Assembly: GCA_032718475.1 (NCBI GenBank)
Contig: JAUCBJ010001119.1
Span: 1-35,955, forward strand
DNA: 35,955 nucleotides
Source of the DNA: Nemertoderma westbladi
Lineage: Eukaryota > Animalia > Xenacoelomorpha
Direction of reading: 5' to 3'
Position 1 is the first letter of the stretch; each line of letters begins with the position of its first letter. Position numbers and translations under genes: made by a program. The notes under the pieces were generated by a model. That model was given only the letters and a program-made list of their open reading frames with translations, made no database searches and was not told where the DNA came from. Shown in pieces: positions 1 through 12,300 of the stretch.

Positions 1-2256
1 AGATTAATGTTTTGTATAACTTTGATATGACATAGCTGACTTTTTTATAATTATGTATATTTAGATTAGTATATAAGATTAAAGGTAAGTTTAATTCGGT
101 TAGTTATTTAACAAACAAGTTAATACACTAATAATTTAGAATTTATTATGGAAACTGAAGGAGAGTGGCTGAACCTATTAAATAATAGGGGTTTCTAGGT
201 CGCTGATCACGATAAAACTTGTTAAAATTTTTTTTGAAAGTTGACCCCAAGAAGAAAATTCCACCCCACATCCAATATTAGATTGGATTCCAGCGGAATC
301 GAAGCGCACTTAAGGTTGATGCTATCTTCTCACCGGGAAGATAGCATGGGGGGGGGGGGAGTGTAAGCGGATTCAATTCCGTGCATTACCCACCGAAAAT
401 GGGGTTAGTGGCATTTTACCAATATAGTTGGCGATGTGAGATTACCAATAATGATCTCACCTCATAACCAACTGGGGCGACACATGACGTAAGCCGCAGA
501 GAGAGGTGAGAGGTCAAACCACCTCAGAAAGACAAACAAGCTAGTAAGGCTAGCACCAAGGGATAATGCCAACAGGGAGTGGCGAGGTGAGAATTAATCA
601 ATAGTCGGCGGGAAAGCACATTGGGGAGGACAAGAGCGCATCTATTGGATATTAAGGCCGCCCTGTAGTGTAGGGCTGATGTGATATGTGTCAATGATAT
701 AACCGTTGTGATTACTGATTATTAGTTTAGTTGATTTCCTTGCAGTTGTGAGACCGGAATATTTTGGCCGTCGTTGTTACTGACCGTATTGCATATTATT
801 ATATTCAGACTGTGCTATTATCAATTACTGTGATTAATAATACTGACAATTTAACTCTGTCGTTTTCAACGGCCTTCGGCCTAATATATATATATATATC
901 CAGCATTAGCCCAGCAGCCCACGGACGCGACGACGCGTACTATCCCCACACCAGTCGGAATCCACCACTGTCAACTGCACAGTGGATTCCGTCACAGAAT
1001 AAATTTGCAGCGCTACCTAGCGGTGCAGAATTATTTTCATAAAATTTTGCCTGATAGTTATGTTGCCTCATCTTTGATCTATCATATAAAAAAACTTTAA
1101 TGTTATTATATACAAAACTGTAAAAGCCTTAGGGTTTTAAACGCAACCAAGTTTTTTTTTATTGTTAACTAGTATTAACTAATATTAAACAGCGAAAAAT
1201 AAAATTTGTCTAACCTGTCATGTTAGTATCTTAGGTACCTATATTCCATATTATAACCAGAACCAAACAATTTTGAAACGCTGAGAGTGATAAATCGAAG
1301 AGTTGTCTGAAAATTTATATTAATGCGTTCTGCTTTATTCAATAAAGCAGCACGTCTTTGCATAATAAGTGCGTGCGGCCAGTTTGAGCGGCTACTGTAT
1401 GTAAACAATTGTTTAACGTGTAAGTAAGACTTTTCATACGTCCTATAGAAGACATTTTAGAGAAAATGAGCAAATAAAATATGGTAACAGTTTTCAGTAA
1501 AACTTAACGGACACAGACGGTGACTATTTATTGAAAACAATTTCCGTAATTTTGGCCTTTTTGAAGGCCCGTGTTTCGTGAGAGATGCCTTACCGGTACT
1601 TCATTTGTCTGACCTTGAGAATCAAACATACAATATTTATTATCATTTGGTACCTTTTGGCCTCCTCCATTATCATACACTAATTTAATTAAATAAAAGT
1701 ACTACTTTACATTTAATTCGTCGATAAAATGTTAGTCAACAAAGTAACCAACAAAACAGTCTAACAGTTATTATTTGACTTTATACCAGTTAGAAATAGC
1801 TGTACTAATGCTGAGCTCTCGCTATTGGGAGAATAATTCAAACCAGATATGCGCATTATGTGACAATGACGAGATTAAATGCTTGATCCCCATCACCTGG
1901 GATTCATACGTTCTACCTAGACAAGGGAAGACAACTATCACGTTTTAATCACGTCCTCACCACTACTGGTGAACTTTAGACACATCGACATCACCACCCA
2001 GCCCTCACCTAAAACCCGCACCCCATCTCAAGAAAAAATATGCAACATCCAATGCCTGATGATTTCTTGAGCAGTTATCCAAAACTTACCAAACTTTGGC
2101 ATTTGTGTTTGTGTTTGCTTTTGATTGATTACTAAATTTAATTATTGTATTGCTTTCAGATTATCTTAATCAATATTTAAAGTAATATTATTTATTTTGT
2201 CAATATATTATATTATACAATTACAATCTCTTTAGTATAAATTCCTTTCAATAATT

Positions 2257-2365
2257 ATGAAACACTTATTGATTCTTACATCACTTGTGGCAGTTGGCTA
2301 CGGTTTGAGTTGCCACAGTTCTGATTCAGATGGAAATATGGACAGATGAATGCGTACGATGTGTT
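2257..2365 (+). pseudogene. Putative first coding exon of a decayed secreted Ly6/uPAR (three-finger)-like gene
   Basis: ATG 2257 reads MKHLLILTSLVAVGYG-LSCHSSDSDGNMDR* (signal-peptide-like, G-Y-G|L-x-C start typical of LU proteins). The +1 frame continues TDECVRCV up to a canonical donor GTAAGT at 2366. Upstream acceptor-like ctctttAG ends at 2235. Confidence 0.5.
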
Positions 2366-4047
2366 GTAAGTCTTCAGCAATAAATATTATAGATATTAGA
2401 CTTTCGGTACAAGTGCAGTAGTATGGAAGGGAACAGACATGATGGATTAGGTTTAACCCTATTACCATTGGGGTGTTGAGACCATTAGCAGCACTGGCGG
2501 GGTGTCGATTCGCCCCCCCCCCCCCCCCGCTGTATTTTTGTAATCATCCAATAAAATCCTACGAAATTTGGGTTGTAGGTGAAAAAATTATATATTAATT
2601 CGATACACCCCCAGGCGGGGTAAATGGAAACCAGTAAAATTTATGTACATAAATAAATAGAAAATAAATTGAATACAATTATTAGTTATTGAGATGCGAG
2701 ACGGGAAAGTGGAGGGCAGTCGCTGCAGTTCAATGCATGATATCGTCGTGTACATGGGAGGTTACAGTGAAAAAATTATCGAATAACATTTTCAAATCCA
2801 AAAAAATGAAAATTTCATAAGGTGGGTATTATTATTATAATTTTCATGAAAAATATAAGTAGTCCCAGGACGAAATATAGATTATTTTGAATTCTAAAAA
2901 CTGATAGTGTGCCATTGTTGGTTAACGTTAGTAGGTTTTTCACTACGCTGAATCGAATGTGATTATATTCCATTTCCGAAAATTTAACTGGATGCTATTT
3001 TTCGTGCACCTAAGAACTTGGGCGTGGAACTTCAAATTTCGAAAAATGCAATATTCGGATAATACCCCCGTCTTTAGATTTCAACGCATTTTTATATGTT
3101 TTCTGGACCGCTGAATCGATTGAAAATATTATCGAAGCCTGAAGACTTAGTGGATCGTCCTTTTTGGAGCACCAAAATTAGGGTGTGGCACTTCAAATAT
3201 TGAAAAATATGAGATTCGGAAAATAAACCAAAGTTGAGATTTCAACTCACATTTATAGGTTTTCTGGACCGCTGAATCAATTGAAAGTATTATAGAAGCC
3301 TGTGGTTCGGCATTTTTGGGCACCAAAATTATATTAGGGAGTGGCACTTGTTTAAATTTTGAAAACGTACCACTTCCTAATTGAGGTTTACCAATAATGA
3401 CGTACCAGTAAGACTTGAGGCTTCAATATTACTTTCAATCGATTCAGCGGTCCAGATACCCTATAAAAATGGGTTGAAATGAAAACCTTGTGGTATTTTC
3501 TGAACATCGTAATTTTGAAAATTTGATTTAAGTCTACTTGACACGCCCTAATTTTGGTGCACCAAAAATGATTTACCACTAAGAATTGAGACTTATATAT
3601 TACTTTCAATCGATTAAGCGGGCCAGAAAACCCATAAAAATGCGTTGAAATCAAAACTTCGGAGTATTTAACGAATATTGCAATTTTGAAAATTTGAAGT
3701 ACCGCGCCCTAATTATAGTGCACCAAAAATGACGTACCACTTCCCTTACATACTTATATAGAGTAGTAGAGTGCTCCATACGAATCAGAGTCAAAGCCTC
3801 TATGCCTATATAAAGAATTACTAACTAACAAATCACCTTGTAAAATTCAAAAATTTCAAAAAAAATTCTGCTGGGGACCAAATTTTGAGGTGGCACCCAC
3901 ATCGAAAAGTTGAAATCTAATTGCAACGCCGTTTTTTGCAAAAGATGCACCCTTTAATTTTGACTAACTCTCGTAAAAAATTGGGCTGGTACATGATGTG
4001 GTTGCATAGATACATCGATTATAACTAGGAAGGGGCCGATATGCCCA

Positions 4048-7000
4048 GGTCAGGTCAGGTATTCTAGGTCATTGATCAAGAAAACTTGCCACCTCCATGC
4101 AGCATAAAGGAGGTGCCACCTGTAGCTGCATAGACCCCTTTTACTAGGGCAAATCTGGTCCTGTAACTAGGACCCCCTTCGTTCTGGGATAAGGACGCCC
4201 TTGGTCCTGGATTAAGGACCCATATACTTGGCTGCAGGGGTATATGGCCTGACCAGGCAGATGGTGATCTACCAATGGCTGGTCAGGAGTAGAGTGTTCT
4301 CATGTCCACTCTGAGAGCACTTTACTGCGACCTGCACCTGGCAGCAAGGGTACAGGGCATGACCCAGCAGATGAGCAGCAACAGCCAATGGTGGGTCATG
4401 TGCGCCAGAGTAGATATGGGTGATGGGCCTCATATCTGACTCCATTGCGACACCCACCCTGTGGAATGGCAAACCAGGGTGTGGTATTTGCCCCGAGAGC
4501 TGACTCGGCAAAAAAGCACCCCCCAACCCCCACTATGGATTACATTAGCAATGCGGAGGTCCGGCCACTAGAGGCCAGTGGAATTACCGGACACAATCGG
4601 CCTCACAGGCGTCAGTTAACTCCTGACCGGCTGCCTGTCTCACCCCCTACTGGAGAGAGAGCAGTCAACAATTCTTTGAGTCCCTTTCCTGATGACCTTT
4701 CTGGCCCAAACCCTGGGTCACCAGGGAGGCCAGATTGTGATGGGGAGAGGGATTCTGGAGTTGGAGGCTACTCTCATGTTCCACCCCGACCAACAAAGCC
4801 ATTGGTGAATCTGAGGCAAGTCACTAGACTAGCCTCAGTAAACACCCTAACACTCGGGTCCCCAATGCGACAAGGTGAGCTGACTGCCTTGGCAGATAAG
4901 CTTTCTCTTAGCGCAGTGGGTGTTCAAGAGCACCGAATGCAGACTGGACAGAATGATGAGGTTCTGATTAAGGACATGGGGGGCGGTTGGCGACTCGCCC
5001 TCGCGTCAGCAGATGATAGTGGCAATGGTGGAATTGGGTTATTGATGAATCCAACTGCACATGCAGCATTGGACAAAATAGACCAAATCTCTAACCGCAT
5101 CATCCGTTGCCACTTCTCATGTTCTGGAAGACTGGCTAAGAAGTTTCCTAAGGTGGTTCTGATTGTGTGCTACTCTCCAACTAATGTTGCCACTGTAGAG
5201 GAGGTGGAAAATTTCTACCACAATCTACAAGCAGCTACTGATGGAGTGGATCAGCATGCATTCTTAACATTCCTGGGAGACTTTAATGCAAGTCTGCATC
5301 AATCACCTACATCGCCCTGGGTCTATAGCAATAGTGTTAACCGAAATTCTGTCCATCTTCATGATTTTATCTCTGGAAATGGATTGTTTTCGGCTGGAAC
5401 CCAGTTCAAGAAGCGAACTGGAAAGCTATGGACTCATAGTGGACCCAGTGGTCACAAGTCCCAGATAGACCATATTCTGTTTCGTAGGAAATACAGGAGC
5501 TCTATACAAGACTGTAATGCATTTACACTTCGACCCTTCTCCAGTGATCACCGCCTTATTGTGGCCAAGGTAAGACTTAGTCTGCGTGCTAGCAGAACAA
5601 CGAAATCTGCCTTGCCACGGCATGACTGGTCCTCTCTGTTGCAACAGCCAAGTGTGAGATCCAGCTTCACACTACAGCTGAGCAACAGGTATGAGGCTCT
5701 TGCCTCTGAGGCGGCAGATCACTGTGAGGGCTATACTGCCTTTACAGAAGCAGTTAAGTTAGCAGCTGCAGAAACAGTTCCTGTATACCCTCCAAACAGG
5801 AAAAGGGCCCCCTGGACTGACCACAAAATTCAGTCAAAAGTGCCGAAATGACCTTCATAAGGCGCAGAAAGAGTCCCGACTCAAACAGACTACAGCGGCC
5901 AAGAATGCAGTTAAGACTGCATCTAGGTCCCTGAACAGGCAGTACTCTGTTAATCTACAGGAGCTAATAAACCAACAGGTTGATGCCATCAATGATGCTG
6001 ACGACAGCAGGCAATCATCCCAGGCATGGAAATCGATCAATCTGCTTACTGGGCGGAAAAGCCAACCAACCACCACGGTTAAGGCTGAATCACCAGCCGA
6101 TCGCCTCAATGGTTGGAAAGCCCACTTTGAAAAGCTCCTCAATAATGACAGGGTATTGCCTGATAACTTTATAGAAGTAAAGGTGTCTGAGTCTGTACTC
6201 CCAGATATTCCCATTGGCGATATCTCCTTTGCAGAAGTGAAGGCTGCTGCAAAGAGCATTAAGACCAATCGTGCCAGTGGAGTAGATGGTGTTCCCCCTG
6301 AGGTCTTTAAAATACCTGAGTGTTTAAAGCTCATCTATCCCATCATAGTAGACATGTACCGTACAACAAGAGTCCCACAAGAAATGAAAACAAATAAGTT
6401 GGTGCCAGTTCCCAAGAAGGGCAACCTAACACTCTATGGTTCTTTTCGGGGAATCTCATTGATCTCGATTGCTGCAAAGCTATACAATAGGATTCTATTA
6501 AATCGCATCAGGGATCCCATTGAGAGACTGCTCCGTGGAAATCAGAATGGGTTCCGTAAAGGTCGTGGGACCATGGAGCCCATTTTGGCACTTAGAAGGA
6601 TAATTGAAGAATTATCAAAAAAGAAAGACAGGCATCTGGCTGTTATCTTTGTTGACTTCTTCAAGGCCTTTGATTCAGTCTCTCGCTCACGTATGTTCAG
6701 CATACTTTCATTATATGGGATTCCTGATGAAATTATTGCAGCAATCAGATCAGTATACGATGGTTCGACAACATTTGTGTCTACTGTTGACGGTGACACA
6801 GAACCATTTGAAGTGTTATGGGGCGTCCTCCAAGGAGACACACTTGCACCATTCTTGTTCATTATTGTGGTTGACTATGTTCTACGCATGTCCTTAGATC
6901 ATCATAATGATGATGGGGTGATGATAACTCCACCTACTGGCTCCAGAAGTCGAGGAAATCCTGCCAAGTACCTAACTGATCTAGACTTTGCTGATGACTT

Positions 7001-7811
7001 AGGAGTACTCTCAGAATCATTAGAGGGAGCCCAACGGCTCCTCAGCTCATTAGAACATGCTGCTTCTAGTGTTGGTCTTTTTATTAACTCCAGAAAGACC
7101 AAAATTCTGACAGTTAACTTTGAAAGTCCTCAGCAAGTCTCTGATCGGATGAGCATAAGCTCAAAGGATGGTATGCTTGAGCATGTGGACGACTTCTGTT
7201 ACCTGGGATCATGGATCCGGAAGTCAGGTGAGGACCTTCGAATACGTAAGGGAAAGGCATGGGCAGCCTTGAATAGGCTTTCCAGGATTTGGAAGTCACC
7301 GAGAATTAATCGGAAACTTAAGGTCCGATTATTTAGAGCAGCAGTAGTTCCAGTACTCCTCTACGGGAGTCCATGCTGGGCTCTAACTGCTGAGGACACC
7401 AAATCTCTGGATGGCACATTCACAAGAATGCTACGCCGGGTTCATTGTGTCAAGTACAATGCACACATCTCCAACCAGATACTATATAACATTGGAGGTG
7501 ACTCATTGGTTCCCCCAAGCTTGACACTAGAACAAAATCGCCTCCGCTTTGCAGGACATTGCTTTCGCCGTGAGGACCAGCCAGTGCATAATCTTGTACT
7601 TTGGCAGCCTCATGGAGTGAATAAGCATGGTGGACAGCCCATGACTTTCTTGAGACGCATCTTAAAGGACACTGGCCTTAAAGATGCGGATGATCTAGCA
7701 AATGTCATGGGTGATAGGGAGTTGTGGCGGTGCAGTTTTGTTGACAAGCCGGCACAGCATTCTTAAAAATGCAGCTGCAATGCAGCATGCCGATCCTAGT
7801 AGTAGTAGTAG
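4048..7811 (+). mobile_element. Full-length RTE-clade non-LTR retrotransposon, copy 1
   Basis: 19-bp TSD GAAGGGGCCGATATGCCCA at 4029-4047 and 7812-7830; (TAG)n 3' tail; single APE+RT ORF; very short 3' UTR; 5' end (GTCAG repeats) coincides with copy 2. Confidence 0.93.
4535..7766 (+). pseudogene. RTE APE endonuclease-reverse transcriptase ORF broken by one 4-bp insertion
   Basis: APE motifs (VGVQEHR, CYSPT, LGDFNA, SQIDHIL, SDHRL) in ORF 4445-5851; RT motifs (FRGISL, QNGFR, DFFKAFDSV, GVLQGDTLAP, FADD, YLGS) in 6156-7766. Versus copy 2, TCAA is inserted at 5834-5837; removing it gives one open frame of about 1075 aa from ATG 4535 (alternative ATG at 4466). Confidence 0.9.
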
Positions 7812-8003
7812 GAAGGGGCCGATATGCCCACCCCCCCCCCCCCCCTCCAGTGGTAATAGGGTTAATATGGGCCGATCCACTAACTACAACTAATAAAATC
7901 GGCAATTGTCAGGTCACGCCCGGATGATCAAGGGAATCAATAGGGTTGGTGCGCGAAAAAATTGTTGGGCTAGAAACATATATCTGTGTATGAAGGTGCT
8001 TCA

Positions 8004-9309
8004 CTGTAACCTGCTCTGGTACTAATCTACATAATCTTGTAACACGTGTTAAATATCGTTTATTGTTTTGGTTCTATCTATACGCCTCGGTAACCTACTC
8101 CTTTACTAACCTGCATAATTTTCTAACACGAGTTAATCGTTTATTGTTTTGGTTCAATCTATCATCCTCCGCAACCTGATTCTTTACTAACCTACATATT
8201 GTAACATGTGTTAACTATCGTTTATTGTTTTGGTTCTATCTACCTGCCTCTGTAACCTGCTCTTTTTCTAACTTGCGTAATCTTGTAACATGTGTTAACT
8301 ATCGTTTATTGTTTTGGTTCTATTTACCCGCCTCTATAACCTGCTCTTTTACTAACCTGCATAATCTTGTAACAGTGTTAACTATTGATTATTGTTTTGG
8401 TTCTATCTACCCGCCTCTATAACCTGCTCCTTTACTAACCTGCATAATCTTGTAACAGTGTTAACTATCGTTTATTGTTTTGGTTCTATCTACCCGCCTC
8501 TATAACCTGCTCCTTTATTAACCTGTATAATCTTGTAACATGTGTTAACTATCGTTTATTGTTTTGGTTCTATCTACCCGCCTCTATAACCTGCTCCTTT
8601 ACTAACCTGCATAATCTTGTAACAGTGCAAACTATCGTTTATTGTTTTGGTTCTATCTACCCGCCTCTATAACCTGCTCCTTTACTAACCTGTATAATCT
8701 TGTAACATGTGTTAACTATCGTTTATTGTTTTGGTTCTATCTTCCCGCCTCTATAACCTGCTCATTTACTAACCTGTATACTCTTGTAACATGTGTTAAC
8801 TATCGTTTATTGTTTTGGTTCTATCTACCCGCCTCTATAAGCTGCTCCTTTACTAACCTGCATAATCTTGTAACAGTGTAAACTATCGTTTATTGTTTTG
8901 GTTCTATCTGCCCGCCTCTATAACCTGCTCCTTTACTAACCTGTATAATCTTGTAACAGTGTTAACTATTGATTATTGTTTTGGTTCTATCTACCCGCCT
9001 CTATAACCTGCTCCTTTACTAACCTGCATAATCTTGTAACAGTGTTAACTATTGATTATTGTTTTGGTTCTATCTACCCGCCTCTATAACCTGCTCCTTT
9101 ACTAACCTGCATAATCTTGTAACAGTGTTAACTATCGTTTATTGTTTTGGTTCTATCTACCCGCCTCTATAACCTGCTCCTTTATTAACCTGTATAATCT
9201 TGTAACATGTGTTAACTATCGTTTATTGTTTTGGTTCTATCTACCCGCCTCTATAACCTGCTCCTTTACTAACCTGCATAATCTTGTAACAGTGTAAACT
9301 ATCGTTTAT
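8004..9309. repeat. 83/84-bp satellite array, left part (~15-16 copies)
   Basis: Unit TTATTGTTTTGGTTCTATCTACCCGCCTCTATAACCTGCTCCTTTACTAACCTGCATAATCTTGTAACATGTGTTAACTATCGT; explains the 28-aa periodic spurious ORFs. Confidence 0.95.
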
Positions 9310-12300
9310 AGATAGATAGATAGATTTATTTATACATTATGTAAAAACAATAACAAATACACCAAACAATGTACCGGTATAAAGGTATTGTCCAACATAA
9401 CATATAGGATTACCCCTAAAGCTTTGCAGCTTATTTCCAAGGGGGTCCTTTATGTTACTTGGTTACAAATACAATATTACACTACGCTAACCTAAAACCA
9501 ATATGAAACGTAATTACACTATGTACATGTACAACTTTACCGAGAGCGTGACAATGTCCGACTCAACGATAAAGATGTAATGTACAGAACAATTTATTAT
9601 AAAACGTAATTACAGTATAAATAGTAAATAATTAATAAACTAATAACTTACTGTAGGACTATTGTACCTATTTTTACATTGCACACGGAGATGAGATTTA
9701 ACTGCAGATTTAAAAGAATGTTGATTATTTAGGTTTTTAATTTCATTAGGCAGAGCGTTCCAATTTTTAATACCGTTAAAAAAGAAAGTATCAGATTCGA
9801 AGGATTTACAATTCGGGAGGTAGAAGTTTGAAGCACTAGCTCTGGTACTGTAAGAGTGTGTATCGCGTACTCTCTTGAATTTTTGTTTTAGGTAATTGGG
9901 ACATTTACCATTATACACTTTATGCACATGGTTAAGGCGTAGCTGCTTAACTCTACTATCTAAGTTAAGTAGTCCAGATTCAGAAAAGTCATCTGGAGTT
10001 AGGTGGTGCCTAGGTTTGTAGTCTTTAATAAATCGTACTACTTTATTCTGAGCTACTTGTAATTTACATTTAAGCTGTTTGGTTAAGCCTTCATACCAAG
10101 AAGAGCACGCATAGTCCATGTGACACTGTATTAAAGAAGAGCAAAGTAACTTGCGGGAGTCGGTGTTCAAACTATTTTTATTTCTGTATAGAAACCTAAG
10201 CCTACTGTTAACTTTCGAGAAAATATTTTTCACTGTACTTTCTCCTGATAAGCAGTTATCCAATGTGGCGCCTAAATATTTAACTTCCTTTTTATTTTCA
10301 ATCTTATGTCCATTACTAGTGACTTCAAACTTAGTTACCTTCTTTAACTTTCTTTTGGAACCAAACAAAATACTTTCAGTTTTACCGTAGTGAATGGATA
10401 GCTTATTATCAACCAACCACTCATTACAGGATTCAAGAACTGCACTTAACTTTTGGGAAATATGGATAGGATCTTTATGAGAGAAAATAAGAGCACTGTC
10501 GTCGGCATATAAAATGAGTTTAAAATCGGGATCTATACTACTTATCATATCATTTACATAGCATACAAAAAGCAGAGGACCTAATATACTACCTTGCGGT
10601 ACACCACAGGTAATCTCTTGTACAGTAGACAGCGATTTGCTAATGACTACAGTTTGACCTCTGTCTGACAGGTAGGACTTGAACCAGTCTATAGAACCTA
10701 CACCCATCAGGCCTAACTTACCAAGCAGAATATCGTGATCTACAGTATCGAAAGCCTTTTGTAGGTCCAACATTACCATACCAGTATATAAACCCTTTGC
10801 GTTATTACATCTAATTGTATCAGTTAAGTTAATAAGGCAGGTGTCTGTAGAATATGATTTACGAAAACCGGACTGAAGTTCATAGATCAGATTTAGCCTA
10901 CTAAGATGTGCCTCCAGCTGTAGAAAAACAGAACGTTCTAGAATTTTAGATACAATACTTAAGATACTAACAGGTCTGTAATTACAGGGTTCTACTTTAC
11001 TATTCTTTTTATACAGAGGAACAACCTTAGCTAATTTCAGTTCGTCTGGTACTACATTATCTACGATAGAGTAATTAATAATAAAAGTAATAGGCACTTT
11101 AAGTACTTCAGCACCATCCTTAAGAAAACGGGCAGGTATTAGATCTAGACCGGTACTTTTTGAGGCTGATAGGCTAAGTAGATTTTTAAAAACGAAATCC
11201 TCAGAAACGGGTTTTAAAAATAACTTTTCTGAATTTTGTAACTTTTCTAAATAAAAATTATTTAGAGTTTCGGACCCTATACTATATTTATTACTTGATA
11301 ACGGTAACTTCTTAACTAAATTAGAGGCAACATTAGTAAAATAATTATTAAATAAATTACTAACTAGAGTATTATCATGAATCAGCTCACCGTTATCTTG
11401 CAGAACAATATTCGATTTAGATTTAAGGTTTTTATAACCTAAAGATTTTAGGGTAGACCATAGACTTTTTGGATTATCTTTATTCTCACTTATTTTGTTG
11501 TACAAATATTCAGATTTAGCTTTTTTTATTTCCCGTTGGACAAGGTTTCTATATTTGCAGTAATTATTATAATCAGCTAAAACACGGTATTTCCTAAATT
11601 TATACAAATAGTTATCTCTTTCTCTGATATTACTAAGAATACCCGAGGTCATCCAGGGCTCAGTGCGTTGTTTAAGACTGATTTCTTTAATTGGTGCTAC
11701 AGTATAAGTGCCTTTAAAAATATATCTTTAAAAACAGTGTACGCAAGGTTAATGTCAGCGGCCTTAAAACAGGGTTCCCAGTCAGAATTAACTAACAAAC
11801 TTAAAAAGCGTTCCTTGCTGTAATTTTTCATAGACCTAACTGTTACTGTTTTATGATCCCCGAAAAAAGATTTTTGTGTCTTTCTTGTGCAAAAAACTAT
11901 AAAATGATCGCTTAGACCTATAGGTAAAACCCCAGATTGAGAAATAATATCGGTATTATTACAAAGGATGTGATCTAGTAAAGTAGAAGTTTTACTGGTA
12001 ATTCTGGTAGAATCTCGAATAATTTGTTTTAAACCAAACAAATTTAAAATACTTTGGTACTGTTTACAGATGGGGGATGCTTTGTGATGGTAACAGATAT
12101 TAAAATCACCTAAGAAATATATTTCAGAGTCTGACCTAAGATTACATAAAATTGTATTTTCAAAATTTTGCAAAAAATCTGATTGTTTAGGGGGCCGATA
12201 TAAAGTACCGATTAAAATAGGTTTAGTTTTAGGAAGTAAAAGTTCCACCAGTAAAACTTCGTCACAAGTCTCTAAATCTTCCCTACGATTAAAAGCTAAA

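Larger units (their letters stand above)
2457..7861. mobile_element. Non-autonomous piggyBac-like DNA transposon (~1.6 kb own sequence) carrying a nested full-length RTE LINE
   Basis: TTAA at 2453-2456 and 7862-7865; terminal inverted repeats CCCTATTACCATTGG / CCAGTGGTAATAGGG (one mismatch); G/C-rich subterminal palindromes; internal ~165-180-bp subrepeats in inverted arrangement (about 2940-3740); no transposase ORF. Confidence 0.8.

Noticed and set aside
1840-2090. Possible Penelope-like remnant (PITWD peptide, CTGATGA)
   Set aside because: No GAAA core, no paired stem II and no RT or GIY-YIG motifs; too degenerate to support.
2347-2349. In-frame TGA codons in the Ly6-like exons read as selenocysteine
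   Set aside because: They do not sit at expected cysteine positions, frameshifts explain them better, and no SECIS element was recognised.
4080-4140. Twister or HDV ribozyme in the RTE leader
   Set aside because: Short words resemble twister-bearing RTE leaders, but the conserved cores and topology are not identifiable; kept only as an unknown fold.
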